DNA from: a phage
Direction: 5' to 3' (one strand)
Sequence record: PZ445518.1
Length of the DNA stretch: 51,269 nucleotides
The translations under genes were made by a program, and so were the position numbers. Positions 20,399-30,316 of this stretch are shown here, one piece after another; positions within the stretch are counted from its first letter, which is position 1, and every line of letters starts with the position of its first letter. A model generated the notes under the pieces. The model had not been told where the DNA came from and did not search any database. It worked only from the letters and a program-made list of their open reading frames with translations.

Positions 20399-20673
20399 TA
20401 ATTACACCTCAAATCAATAAATTTACTTTCATTTTGCCAACGGTTGATAAATTTAACTTCTTTATTGTCAACGCTCAACCTGTATTGCTTTTGGCTGAAT
20501 CTGTTTTCTCGGACTGCATTAATTTTGACTTCATGTAATCCGTTAACAGGGAATGTTTTAACGTTAAATTTTGCCGTGCAATCGATCTCCTTGAAGTTGC
20601 CAGTAGGCGACGCTGCGCATCCTGTCAGAGCGGCTACAGTGGCGATAACTGCGATTAACTTTTTCATCTTCAA
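20398..20673 (-). CDS. outer-membrane lipoprotein, Cor-like superinfection-exclusion candidate
   Basis: Signal peptide plus lipobox LTGC (MKMKKLIAVIATVAALTGC); small size; next to tail genes as for cor in T1/phi80-type phages. Confidence 0.6.
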   Translation of the reverse strand: MKMKKLIAVIATVAALTGCAASPTGNFKEIDCTAKFNVKTFPVNGLHEVKINAVRENRFSQKQYRLSVDNKEVKFINRWQNESKFIDLRCN

Positions 20674-20698
20674 TACTCCTTAGTTGTTGTTGGCTGCA

Positions 20699-20744
20699 AC
20701 TATACACGATCTTGGGCATCGCGTTTAGCAAAAAGTGCTATTTG
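20699..20744 (-). promoter_or_regulatory. conserved-element promoter cassette (-10 TATAGT) for Cor-like operon
   Basis: Reverse complement of GTTTAGCAAAAAGTGCTATTTG, about 20 nt spacer, TATAGT, leader CAACAACAACTAAGGAG. Confidence 0.5.
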
Positions 20745-21110
20745 TTATTTTTTGTTTTCCGGTGTTATCGAATTTAAGACGGCGTAAATTTAGCGCAAAA
20801 TTTAGACAACATAAGATCAATAAACAATCAATAAAATAGATATATACATATAAAATCAATAGTTTATTTATTTATGTATGTATATTTGTTTTTTCTTGTT
20901 ATCTGCGTTTCTTGTGGTTTTGGTTGTTTGTGGTGATTTTTCTTTCTGAGTATCTGTATGTGCCATCATTCATGTGTATGTATATAATCCGGCGTATCTG
21001 AGAGAACAGGGGAACAAGAAAAATAACACACATTAATCATTAACTTATGAGTCAAATCTGTTTTCTTGCCATCTGAGAACGTTTAGAAAACAGAAAAAAC
21101 AAAACAGCTA
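20745..21110. promoter_or_regulatory. AT-rich divergent control region A
   Basis: About 365 bp without ORFs; TATTTATTTATGTATGTATAT and GTATCTGTATGTG word repeats; GGGAACAAGAAAAA..ACACATTAA box shared with region B. Confidence 0.5.
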
Positions 21111-21138
21111 TTGACTAAATCAACCAAATGGCTACAAT
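21111..21138 (+). promoter_or_regulatory. sigma70-type promoter for recombination module
   Basis: TTGACT, 16-nt spacer, TACAAT; about 30 nt upstream of exonuclease ATG. Confidence 0.6.
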
Positions 21139-21168
21139 GCACGCATAAAGCAACAAGGAGCATTAAAG

Positions 21169-22224
21169 ATGAGTGATTTTAACGCCTACACTAGCGAAGA
21201 AATGAGCAACGAGCTTTATCATGATCCTAACGCGTGGACGGCTGAATATGTCAGCGGTTCCAGCCTAGCGGAGATTTACAGCACTTGCCCGGCGTACTGG
21301 AAGTACAAGCCGCGCCAGGAAACTAAAGCACTTGTTTTCGGTACGCAGTCGCATACCAACTTTGAAAGCAAGGAGCTATTCGAAAAAACATATCGCCGCG
21401 CACCGTCGCAGGATGATTTTAAAGACCTGATCACTAGTCAAACGGCGTTAGCATCAAAGCTGAAATCTTTTGGCCTGAAAGGTACGACGGGTAAACAATA
21501 CCCTGAATTACTGGAAATGCTGTACAAGTGCGGCGAGGATCTCAATGTGTGGTGGCTTATCGAAATGATGGCAGAATGCCAGGCCGCAGCGGACGGAGTG
21601 CAGTTAATAGACGCTAAAGATTATGATGCCTGTGTAGCGATGCGGCGCGTACTTGAGGCCATACCGGAGCATAACGCTTGCATGAACAGCCCAACCGCGC
21701 AGCGTGAAATGTCAATATTTGGGATCATCAACGGCGTAAAAGTAAAAGTGCGTCTTGATCACGTTGACGTAAACAAGGATGTAAAGGCAACAATCATTAA
21801 CGGTTACGACGAAAAAGGCAGGCCGATTTATGAAGAAGTCACCTATCCAGAAGCGGTGATTATCACTGACTACAAAACAACGGTTAGCGCAAATCCGGTT
21901 GACTTCCAGCGCCTGGCTTACAATCACGGCTATTATCTTAAAATGGCTTTGCAACATGACTTATTCAAAAAGGCTTATCCAGACGAGGAAAGGCCAGTAA
22001 TTGTAAGATTGCTTGCGCAGGAGAAGAAAGAGCCTTACTTGCCGCTTGCTTTCCGCATGAATATTGAGCAATTGAAGATCGGGCGCATCCAGTACATGAG
22101 CGTGATCAACAAGTTCAACGTTTGCCAGCAGTTAGACGAATGGCCTTCGTATGCAAACGGGCAACCGGAAATTGATCTTGATACTCCTGATTGGGTTCGT
22201 GCTCAATTCAGGCATTATCTTTGA
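21169..22224 (+). CDS. PD-(D/E)XK family recombination exonuclease
   Basis: 351 aa; D...D/E-x-K arrangement (VRLDHVDV ... IITDYKTT); first gene of recombination module. Confidence 0.65.
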   Translation: MSDFNAYTSEEMSNELYHDPNAWTAEYVSGSSLAEIYSTCPAYWKYKPRQETKALVFGTQSHTNFESKELFEKTYRRAPSQDDFKDLITSQTALASKLKSFGLKGTTGKQYPELLEMLYKCGEDLNVWWLIEMMAECQAAADGVQLIDAKDYDACVAMRRVLEAIPEHNACMNSPTAQREMSIFGIINGVKVKVRLDHVDVNKDVKATIINGYDEKGRPIYEEVTYPEAVIITDYKTTVSANPVDFQRLAYNHGYYLKMALQHDLFKKAYPDEERPVIVRLLAQEKKEPYLPLAFRMNIEQLKIGRIQYMSVINKFNVCQQLDEWPSYANGQPEIDLDTPDWVRAQFRHYL

Positions 22225-22299
22225 TAAACTAAACAAATAGCTAAACTTTTATAATGGTTGGTGATATAATTCGCCAACCAGATAACGGGAGAATGAGGA

Positions 22300-22557
22300 A
22301 TGACAGACAAAGACAATGCCACATTATTGCATTTAGAACGATTCATTGATCGAGTAACCATTGCAATGAAAGAATTTATTAAGCCGATGAACATTAAAGA
22401 GTCGGAAGAAATGAAGACTTACATCAAGGACGTGGTTGCATCCATTGACAACGTTATCCTTGTTGCAACGATGAGCAAGGGAAACAAAGAGCGCGAGAGG
22501 TTGGTTGCTGAATCAACAGAAGAATTTATTAAAATGCTTGAAAGCGAGAAGGAATAA
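22300..22557 (+). CDS. hypothetical protein
   Basis: 85-aa ORF between exonuclease and annealing protein. Confidence 0.45.
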   Translation: MTDKDNATLLHLERFIDRVTIAMKEFIKPMNIKESEEMKTYIKDVVASIDNVILVATMSKGNKERERLVAESTEEFIKMLESEKE

Positions 22558-23214
<657 letters not shown>

Positions 23215-23257
23215 TAAACGGGGCGCTTGCGCCCCTTTTGTCATAGGAGAAAACAAA

Positions 23258-23710
23258 ATGCACGTTATTACAGGTGAGATTCGAAAAGAGCCAAAAGTAA
23301 AGCAAATGCCTAACGGCAGCACGCTATATGTTATTGAGCTTTCCGAACGATACAAAGACCGAGAAGGAAATTGGCAGTATACAAACTATGTGTTTTTCTT
23401 TAACGCGAAAACAGACGGCCTGAATGGTTGGTATGCTGAGGCGTTCCAGGTGGGCAAGGTTATTTCTGTTTCCTGCGATACCTTGCGAGTTGAAACGCGA
23501 GAATACAACGGAAAGATTTACAGTACCGTGCAGCCTGGCGGATTTGCAAACTTGCTATTTAGCCAGAGAGGTGAAAGCCAGCAACAATATCAGCAGCGAA
23601 CGCAAGGAGGATGGGGGCAACCACAACAGCAACAGCAACAAAATACTCAACAGCAGCCGCAGCAAAGCAATCAGCCTCCGATTGACTTTGACGACGATAT
23701 ACCATTCTGA
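23258..23710 (+). CDS. ssb: single-stranded DNA-binding protein
   Basis: OB-fold-sized N-terminal domain, Gln/Gly-rich linker, canonical acidic tail DFDDDIPF; ATG 23258 after GGAG. Confidence 0.8.
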   Translation: MHVITGEIRKEPKVKQMPNGSTLYVIELSERYKDREGNWQYTNYVFFFNAKTDGLNGWYAEAFQVGKVISVSCDTLRVETREYNGKIYSTVQPGGFANLLFSQRGESQQQYQQRTQGGWGQPQQQQQQNTQQQPQQSNQPPIDFDDDIPF

Positions 23711-23714
23711 TAAC

Positions 23715-23746
23715 AAAAAGCCCCGCATATGCGGGGCATTTTTTAT
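23715..23746. terminator. bidirectional terminator between ssb and tail-fiber-like gene
   Basis: AAAAAG CCCCGCAT at GCGGGG CATTTTTT. Confidence 0.75.
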
Positions 23747-24417
23747 TCTAACGTGGTTGGTTTGTTTACCAGTGCCGCTACAACCGCTTTTAGCTCGTCA
23801 ATTTCTTTTCTCATCTCATCGTTTTCCGCTTTCAGTTTCTTAACGTGGTGAATCAGTGGAACAGTGAGGCGGTCATACATAACGCCTTTCGCCACCATGC
23901 CATTACTTGAAGCAATGGCAGGATCTTCTCCTTCTTGCAGCGGTCGCCAGTGAACGTACTCCGGCGCAATTTCTCCAACCTCTTCCGCGATTAGCCCGTA
24001 CCATCCCCAATCTTTACGGTCGCTTTCACAAGTTGACCGATACCAAACAGGACGCATTTCAAGCATCAGATCCGCATATTCATCAATAACCGATTCTACG
24101 CTGCTCTTATAACGAGAAGAGGAAGTGGATCGTAAAACTTGCGACACTCCAGCATTTGGATCAAGCCATAAGTTTGCTGATTGAGCGGTTGTGTTAAGAT
24201 TAAATAAATAAAATGCATCGTTACCAGTTAGGGGGTAAAAACTCCCACTATACCTTCCGCTATCCAACTCGGATGATAGATCAGTTTGTTTTAGATACAG
24301 CTTCAACTTATTGTCAACATCAGTAGTTGATGCTTTTCCTGCGACATCCTGTTTTAGTGTTGAAACTTCATTTTTCAGCTTCGTTATATCACTAGGTATA
24401 ACAGTTACTGTAGCCAT
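23743..24417 (-). CDS. tail-fiber-like protein with C-terminal intramolecular chaperone (peptidase S74-like) domain
   Basis: SSSRYK Ser-Lys motif and WGWYGLIAEEVGEIAPEYV block resemble endosialidase-type chaperone domain; N-terminal coiled-coil. Confidence 0.55.
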   Translation of the reverse strand: MATVTVIPSDITKLKNEVSTLKQDVAGKASTTDVDNKLKLYLKQTDLSSELDSGRYSGSFYPLTGNDAFYLFNLNTTAQSANLWLDPNAGVSQVLRSTSSSRYKSSVESVIDEYADLMLEMRPVWYRSTCESDRKDWGWYGLIAEEVGEIAPEYVHWRPLQEGEDPAIASSNGMVAKGVMYDRLTVPLIHHVKKLKAENDEMRKEIDELKAVVAALVNKPTTLE

Positions 24418-24429
24418 TTTCCTAACTCC

Positions 24430-24708
24430 TTAAGCCCATTCTCTAATAGGCTGATCTAACTCAACCACGTATCCATTAAAAATTACGGCATCAAACTTAT
24501 CATCAATGATTCGCACATTGACGAAATAGCCGTCGTTCTTTCGCGCAATCTCATCGCCATCGTCAGATCGTGCAATTACTGTGTAAGTATTGCCGATCAC
24601 ATCGAGCAGGATTGTATCCTGAATGGATTCGTTTTCGTTCCATTCAATTTCTTCCAGAAAGGCGGAAAACTCCGCCTTGTCTACAAATTTCAGTGTTAAA
24701 TCACGCAT
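24430..24708 (-). CDS. hypothetical protein
   Basis: ATG at 24708 overlaps tail fiber stop (TAATG). Confidence 0.45.
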   Translation of the reverse strand: MRDLTLKFVDKAEFSAFLEEIEWNENESIQDTILLDVIGNTYTVIARSDDGDEIARKNDGYFVNVRIIDDKFDAVIFNGYVVELDQPIREWA

Positions 24709-26663
24709 TATACAATTTCCCCCAATTGATGATCTGTTAGTGCCTTGTGCCATATACGGAAGTTTCTAACGTGCCCGAAAAGATGACGTTCGCCCGTAGT
24801 TGTTTGTCCGCCAATCCTTATAGTAGCCGTTGATACTATATATCTCCATTCCGTTTTTGTTTCGCTTGATATTCTGGCATTACTTACACAACAAGTATTG
24901 TAATCACTCTTTACTCTCATTCCTATGATCATCTTTTTTAGTTTCGCATTCTCGTTAACCCTTCTGTTTGATTTACCTATATCGCAATAAGGGAATCCAT
25001 CACTATCGCCCTTGGCAGATCCGAAAGCAAGAATAATTTCCGCACCAGATTGATGACCTCCAGAACCAAAAACACGAGGCGCAGCACTTGGCGTCATACT
25101 CCAGTTTTTATGAGCTTCCACAAGCACTGTAAACGGCAAATTGTAAAGGTTGTTTTTTATTGGCAATGTAACCATATCGCTTGCCCTTGTTGTCGGACTT
25201 TCATTAGTTATAATGAATGATGAAGCGCAAGATCCAACCTCTACTTGAGGAGTTGTTAAATCCATAAAGCTATTTTCATCAAAAACTTCTCCTTGTTTAT
25301 TAACGACCTGTATTACCCCCCTAATGGAAGTTGATTCATCAGTAACTTTGTAAACTATTTCTGCAAAAATCCATTCCCCGTCTATGGTAGCGTTCTTTAG
25401 CACTATGTTTTTTGCGTCAACTCCAGAAGTTGCCACCCCTAAGTTATCGCAATCAATAATAGCAGAAGCAACAGAAGATAAAGGATCTCCCTTGTCAAAT
25501 CTTGCTGCAAATCTTACATTTTTCCCCTTAGCCCTAAAAGATATTGTAACTCCATCACCCTTTACAACTGCAATATTATTTGTAGTAAGTCCAGCTATAA
25601 TAGTGTAAGAGCCTACGCCACCTAAATATTTCCCTGGTTTAAATGTTGCATACTTAAACCCCCTTTCATCAGTCTTAGTTTCACCTCTTTCTAATCCTGT
25701 ATTTGGATTCCATGATTCAGGCTTATTTGAATTTACAAAATAGTTTGTTCTCTGCCCTTCAATCAAAAGACCATCCTTTTCAAATCTAGGTTCATCAATA
25801 GCAGCATCAGTAAGCAACCCAGACTTATTAATGTAAGTAGCGGTTGATGCACGTTTAAACTTAACAATCTTGTCACCTGGCATCGTGATCTCATCATCAC
25901 CTATGACAATCTTTTTGTATGACGGCGAGAATCCGGTGATCATATCCAGGGAATCATTAAATGGTATCCACACGTCAGGTAGAGGCTGCAATAAATCTTT
26001 GTAAGGTTCTGCGGCCTGTTTTGCGTATTCCTCCGCTTGATCTCGCGCACTTTCAGCGCCTGCCTTTGCGGTGTTCGCAGCATCACGCGCAGTTTCAGCG
26101 CCTTTTCTTGCAGTTTCAGCGCCAGTCTTTGCAGTGTTTGCAGCGTCGCGCGCGGATTCAGCGGCAGCCTTTGCAGTGTCAGCACCTTTCTTGCTATTCT
26201 CTGCATTTGTTGCGCTTGTCTTTGCGTTATTCTCGCTAGTTTTAGCTGCCTTCTGGCTTGCTGCGGCTGCGTCAGCATTTGTCTTTACGTCTTCCTGGAT
26301 CTTCTGTAGCTTATCCCAATCAAAATCCTTGATGATCTCAATAAATCCAGCAAGCTCCGACTCCTTTCCCTGGTAATAACGCAACGTTTCCGCTACGTCT
26401 TGCGCAAGACCGTCAACCGTTAACGAGTCATGAAGCAAGATCAGGTAATTTGTCTTCTGTACTACCGCGCCGCCAGTAGTAATTGCGCGAATGCTTGTAT
26501 CGCTAATCACTTCTGTAATCACAGCAGCTTGCAAAGGTTGAGCAAGAAAGAAAATAGTTGCGCCTGGGCGAATCAAGGTTAATTGCTCACGCCATTTTGT
26601 ACCGTAACCAGTTACATAACCTTGCGCGTCCATAGACGCTTGGCCTTGTCTGTAAATCGCCAT
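24708..26663 (-). CDS. tail fiber protein
   Basis: ATG at 26663 after AGGAGG; Ala-rich repeats (SARDAANTAK); C-terminal lectin/LamG-like region. Confidence 0.7.
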   Translation of the reverse strand: MAIYRQGQASMDAQGYVTGYGTKWREQLTLIRPGATIFFLAQPLQAAVITEVISDTSIRAITTGGAVVQKTNYLILLHDSLTVDGLAQDVAETLRYYQGKESELAGFIEIIKDFDWDKLQKIQEDVKTNADAAAASQKAAKTSENNAKTSATNAENSKKGADTAKAAAESARDAANTAKTGAETARKGAETARDAANTAKAGAESARDQAEEYAKQAAEPYKDLLQPLPDVWIPFNDSLDMITGFSPSYKKIVIGDDEITMPGDKIVKFKRASTATYINKSGLLTDAAIDEPRFEKDGLLIEGQRTNYFVNSNKPESWNPNTGLERGETKTDERGFKYATFKPGKYLGGVGSYTIIAGLTTNNIAVVKGDGVTISFRAKGKNVRFAARFDKGDPLSSVASAIIDCDNLGVATSGVDAKNIVLKNATIDGEWIFAEIVYKVTDESTSIRGVIQVVNKQGEVFDENSFMDLTTPQVEVGSCASSFIITNESPTTRASDMVTLPIKNNLYNLPFTVLVEAHKNWSMTPSAAPRVFGSGGHQSGAEIILAFGSAKGDSDGFPYCDIGKSNRRVNENAKLKKMIIGMRVKSDYNTCCVSNARISSETKTEWRYIVSTATIRIGGQTTTGERHLFGHVRNFRIWHKALTDHQLGEIV

Positions 26664-26678
26664 TTGTAAAATCCTCCT

Positions 26679-26700
26679 AAATAGCACTTTTTGCTAATGA
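26679..26700 (+). repeat. conserved 22-bp element, copy opposite to flanking genes
   Basis: AAATAGCACTTTTTGCTAATGA between primase terminator and tail fiber start. Confidence 0.5.
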
Positions 26701-26728
26701 CAATGCAGATAATAGCATTTTCAAGTGC

Positions 26729-26754
26729 AAAAAAAAACCCCGCATAAGCGGGGC
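26729..26754 (-). terminator. rho-independent terminator after primase
   Basis: Minus strand: GCCCCGC ttat GCGGGG followed by TTTTTTTTT. Confidence 0.7.
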
Positions 26755-26769
26755 AATACTAGCGGAGTT

Positions 26770-27699
26770 TTATAGCAGTGATTCGGGCTTGTAGAGTTTT
26801 CTTTCTACTCCCTGTTTAAAATTATCGTTAACAGGCATCATTATGTCAAGTCCTCTTTCCTCTGCCGCGATTATCACATCACGATCATCTTTCCGGCAGA
26901 CTACGCGCATTCTTCTTTCTCCTTTATATCTATGCGCAACCATTTCAAGATTTGAAGGAGTAAAACAGGCCCACACCTCTTGACCAGTTGATAAATGAAC
27001 ATGCTGAGAATCAACCCAATCAAGGCACAAATAGATCGTCTTATCTGTACTACCTGTTTTAACAACAGATCCGCGCGTGTAGTCGCGAGCTAAAAACCAA
27101 TCCTTTCCATCCTCATCAATGAAAAGCACGTTACACATTTCATCATCCAGCCCGTCATCATGCACCAGGTGACAAGGTAGCGCGTGAATGTATCGACCAT
27201 CCTTGACGCCGCAATCATAATGACAATCTTCCGGCGGATATATCCCCTCATAAACGCTTAAAGGTGTGCGATCGAATTTTAATGTTTTTGCCATCACTTT
27301 TTCGCAACATTCATGACTTGCCTGTTTCCCGAACGAGTAACCAGAAGAACGCGAAGCGCGTTTGTTTGCTCTGATCCTGTAATCTTGTGGCACTTTTCCG
27401 AGGAAGCGGCCCAAAATGTTGATGGCCTCGCTGTAAGGTTCGCCAGTTAATTTCATTAACCAACCGATCCCCGTGTCGTTGCCGCACACGTTGCAGATCG
27501 CGCCGCCGTCGCCCTCTTCATTTAGCTTATCAGTCCATCTAAAACGATCCTTACCGCCGCAGTGTGGGCAAGGTTGATGCTTTTTGTTGAAAACATCGCT
27601 ATGCAGTCCGCAAATGCTTTGTAGTGCTTCACGCCATAACCCCTTCATATATGGCAAAACATCTTCTTTCTGATAGGTCATAAAGTTTTCAGTATTCAT
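26770..27699 (-). CDS. DNA primase (zinc-ribbon type)
   Basis: CPHCGG...CNVCG zinc ribbon near N-terminus; ATG at 27699 just downstream of terminator hairpin. Confidence 0.65.
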   Translation of the reverse strand: MNTENFMTYQKEDVLPYMKGLWREALQSICGLHSDVFNKKHQPCPHCGGKDRFRWTDKLNEEGDGGAICNVCGNDTGIGWLMKLTGEPYSEAINILGRFLGKVPQDYRIRANKRASRSSGYSFGKQASHECCEKVMAKTLKFDRTPLSVYEGIYPPEDCHYDCGVKDGRYIHALPCHLVHDDGLDDEMCNVLFIDEDGKDWFLARDYTRGSVVKTGSTDKTIYLCLDWVDSQHVHLSTGQEVWACFTPSNLEMVAHRYKGERRMRVVCRKDDRDVIIAAEERGLDIMMPVNDNFKQGVERKLYKPESLL

Positions 27700-27709
27700 G
27701 GCAAACCTC

Positions 27710-27747
27710 AATAAAAAAGCCCAGCAAATATTATCATTTCGCTGGGC
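27710..27747 (-). terminator. terminator/attenuator hairpin between HTH gene and primase
   Basis: Minus strand: GCCCAGC..GCTGGGC followed by TTTTTTATT, immediately upstream of primase RBS. Confidence 0.55.
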
Positions 27748-27754
27748 CTTATCA

Positions 27755-28231
27755 TTAGCTATTCGTGCTGTTATCACCTTTGTAGAATCGTCCGCCTGGT
27801 TCGTAGTCTGAATTTTTGACTACGCGCAACATATCGTATTTGTCGCAACGGGTAGTAAGAGGCTTACCGTTAGAATCAAACCGCAGATCTGGACGACAAA
27901 ATGATGCGCGGTATCCTTTGCATCCATTATATTTGTAGTCGTTATGCACCTTTTGTGCTCCAGCGGCTGAAATCATACCACGCTTTCGCCACTGGTTAAC
28001 GACTTGCTGAGATACGCGCAGACGTCGAGCCATAGCAGGAACGCCGCCGTAATACTCGATCAGAATGTCAAGGCGAGATTTCAGGCTTGCTTTTACCTCA
28101 TCTCGCAGGATAAGAAATCCGGTTCGGTGTTTTCGTGGTTTTTTGTCTTTACCTCGTCGCGTTCCGTTGTTACCGTTAATAGTGCGCTTGTCGATCTCAC
28201 CCGTAGATACTGCAATTCGTGCATCTTTCAT
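27755..28231 (-). CDS. HTH DNA-binding protein (putative transcriptional regulator)
   Basis: Helix-turn-helix-like segment GGVPAMARRLRVSQQVVNQWRKRG; first gene of leftward operon from divergent region. Confidence 0.5.
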   Translation of the reverse strand: MKDARIAVSTGEIDKRTINGNNGTRRGKDKKPRKHRTGFLILRDEVKASLKSRLDILIEYYGGVPAMARRLRVSQQVVNQWRKRGMISAAGAQKVHNDYKYNGCKGYRASFCRPDLRFDSNGKPLTTRCDKYDMLRVVKNSDYEPGGRFYKGDNSTNS

Positions 28232-28241
28232 CTAGTCACCT

Positions 28242-28286
28242 CATAGCATTTTTTGTTAAAACAGTTTATTGTAATGAGTCTATTAT
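28242..28286 (+). promoter_or_regulatory. conserved-element promoter cassette (-10 TATTAT) upstream of helicase
   Basis: CATAGCATTTTTTGTTAAAAC, 19 nt, TATTAT. Confidence 0.5.
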
Positions 28287-28318
28287 ATACTCCAAATGGC
28301 ATTTTTTAAAGGTTTAAG

Positions 28319-30316
28319 ATGATTCCAAATATCGAAAAACAAATATCAGCATTAGGCGAGGCAGTAATAAAAAGCATCCAAGAGCGATTCACGGTTGGCA
28401 ATATAGTGCCTTATCCTTATCAGTGCGTTGCGTATGCAGAGATCGCAAAGCGCATGAAAAACTATGAGCATCCTTTCTTTGTTAAGGCTTCTGTATCGGC
28501 TGGCAAAACATTGATGTTTGCGATGGTTGCGGCGCAATGCCGCAAAATGGGATTGAAAATGATGGTCCTTGCTCGCCAGGCTGAAATTGTTGATCAGGAT
28601 TCGGAAGAGATCAGCAATCTTGGCGTGCCAAACTCAATCTATTGCGCCGGACTGAAAACAAAAAGCGCATACTTTCCGATCGTAGTCGGTTCTGAGGGCA
28701 CTGTAGTAAACGGATTGTTTAAGTCGTTAGGTGATTATGTTCCGCACGTTATCGGTATTGATGAATGTCACCAGGTGGATTGGGAGGATCTCGCGGACGC
28801 GATAGAAAATAATGAATCTTACCAGCAGATGACCACTAAGAAGGATTTGCCAGTACTGATTGGAGAAGAACAGCAATTTGATTCCAATGGCGATCCAATG
28901 TTCGGAACAGGGCGCACACAGTACACCGTAATAATCATGGAAATGATGCGCAGGTGTCGCGAGGCATACGGGCACGAATTGCGAATATTCGGCATGACTG
29001 GATCTGAGTTTCGCGGCGTGGTTCCAATACTGGTTGAAGATAAGAACAAAAAGGGATTCTGGCGTGAGCAAGTAACTAACATAGACACAAACTACTTAAT
29101 CAAATTCGGTTCGGTAGTGCCAACAAATTTCGGCGACGTCGGCGACCTGGGGTATGACCTTTCAGAGTTCGAGGCCAGTAGCGAGGACGGCGTTTCAGAC
29201 TTTGACGCTAAAACATTGCGCAAGATGGAAGAAAAGATCCATCAAGACGCAACAATGACACAGAAAATCATGGCTAAAGTCCATGAGATATGCAAAGACA
29301 GGAACGGAGTTTTAGTTACATGCGCAGGGGAAAGGCACTGCAAGGAGGCCGCCGCCGCACTGCCGCCAGGCGTTGAATACAGGATCATAACTGGCAAGAC
29401 TGGAGATAATCAGCGTAAAGAGTGGCTGAGGGAGGCATACGAGGGAAAAGTAAAATACATCTTCCAGGTACAGGCGCTTACCACTGGCGTTAACGTTCCG
29501 TTTTGGGATACTTCGGTAATACTGAGAAAGATAGGATCTCTAACATTGCTTATCCAGCTTTTGGGGCGCGGCATGCGACTGCTTAAGCAATGGCACATTG
29601 AACAGGGATTCAAGAAAAAAGATCATCTTGTATTGGATTTTGCAGGTACTATGGATGAGTTAGGTGATTTGTATTTCGATCCAATCCTTGAGCAAGCGCA
29701 ATTCCAAAAGAGATTTACAAACGGGAAAGAGCCTAAGACTTGTCCGATATGTGGAACGCTAAACAGCTTTTACGCTCGCCGATGTATGCACGTAGACGAT
29801 AACGGGAAGCGATGTGAGCATTTTTGGACTTACAGAATTTGCGAGGACCAGGTAGATCCGAGAACGAAAAAGATAATCAAGCGCGGTTGTGGAACAAAAA
29901 ACGACGTAGTGGCGAGAGTATGCCGTTGTTGCGATATTTCTCTTGTCGATCCTAACGAGAAGTTAAGCGGTAAGCACTACACCAAAAACGATTGGTGCAA
30001 CGTTAAATCTTTCCGCGTTGATATGACGAAAAACCAGAAAGGAATTATTTTTTGCTATGAGCTTGAGGCCAACGGCGATACGTTCAAGGCATACGAAAGA
30101 TTTTTCCCTGAGTCAGAAAGCAACATTTGCCGGACGATATGGAGAAAAATAGCATTGCAGCACATACCGGATCGCAAGATTGCTGGTATGGTGGCGAGCT
30201 ATAGAAATGCTCGTAAAATAATGTCATACGCTCATCACATCATGCCGCCTGTACGCGTAACGCATCGCAAAAACGGCAAAGGTGAGGATAACATTGCAAA
30301 ACGGGAGTTTGTTTAA
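28319..30316 (+). CDS. superfamily 2 DNA helicase with C-terminal zinc-finger region
   Basis: Walker A SVSAGKT, DExH box IDECH, C-terminal CxxC clusters. Confidence 0.8.
   Translation: MIPNIEKQISALGEAVIKSIQERFTVGNIVPYPYQCVAYAEIAKRMKNYEHPFFVKASVSAGKTLMFAMVAAQCRKMGLKMMVLARQAEIVDQDSEEISNLGVPNSIYCAGLKTKSAYFPIVVGSEGTVVNGLFKSLGDYVPHVIGIDECHQVDWEDLADAIENNESYQQMTTKKDLPVLIGEEQQFDSNGDPMFGTGRTQYTVIIMEMMRRCREAYGHELRIFGMTGSEFRGVVPILVEDKNKKGFWREQVTNIDTNYLIKFGSVVPTNFGDVGDLGYDLSEFEASSEDGVSDFDAKTLRKMEEKIHQDATMTQKIMAKVHEICKDRNGVLVTCAGERHCKEAAAALPPGVEYRIITGKTGDNQRKEWLREAYEGKVKYIFQVQALTTGVNVPFWDTSVILRKIGSLTLLIQLLGRGMRLLKQWHIEQGFKKKDHLVLDFAGTMDELGDLYFDPILEQAQFQKRFTNGKEPKTCPICGTLNSFYARRCMHVDDNGKRCEHFWTYRICEDQVDPRTKKIIKRGCGTKNDVVARVCRCCDISLVDPNEKLSGKHYTKNDWCNVKSFRVDMTKNQKGIIFCYELEANGDTFKAYERFFPESESNICRTIWRKIALQHIPDRKIAGMVASYRNARKIMSYAHHIMPPVRVTHRKNGKGEDNIAKREFV

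Noticed and set aside
25961-26376. Three overlapping + strand ORFs (25961..26239, 26037..26309, 26071..26376) and minus-strand ORF 25940..26278
   Set aside because: They fall in the repetitive Ala-rich tract of the minus-strand tail fiber gene; their Cys/Ala/Ser/Arg-rich translations are artefacts of the repeat, and they overlap a well-supported gene.
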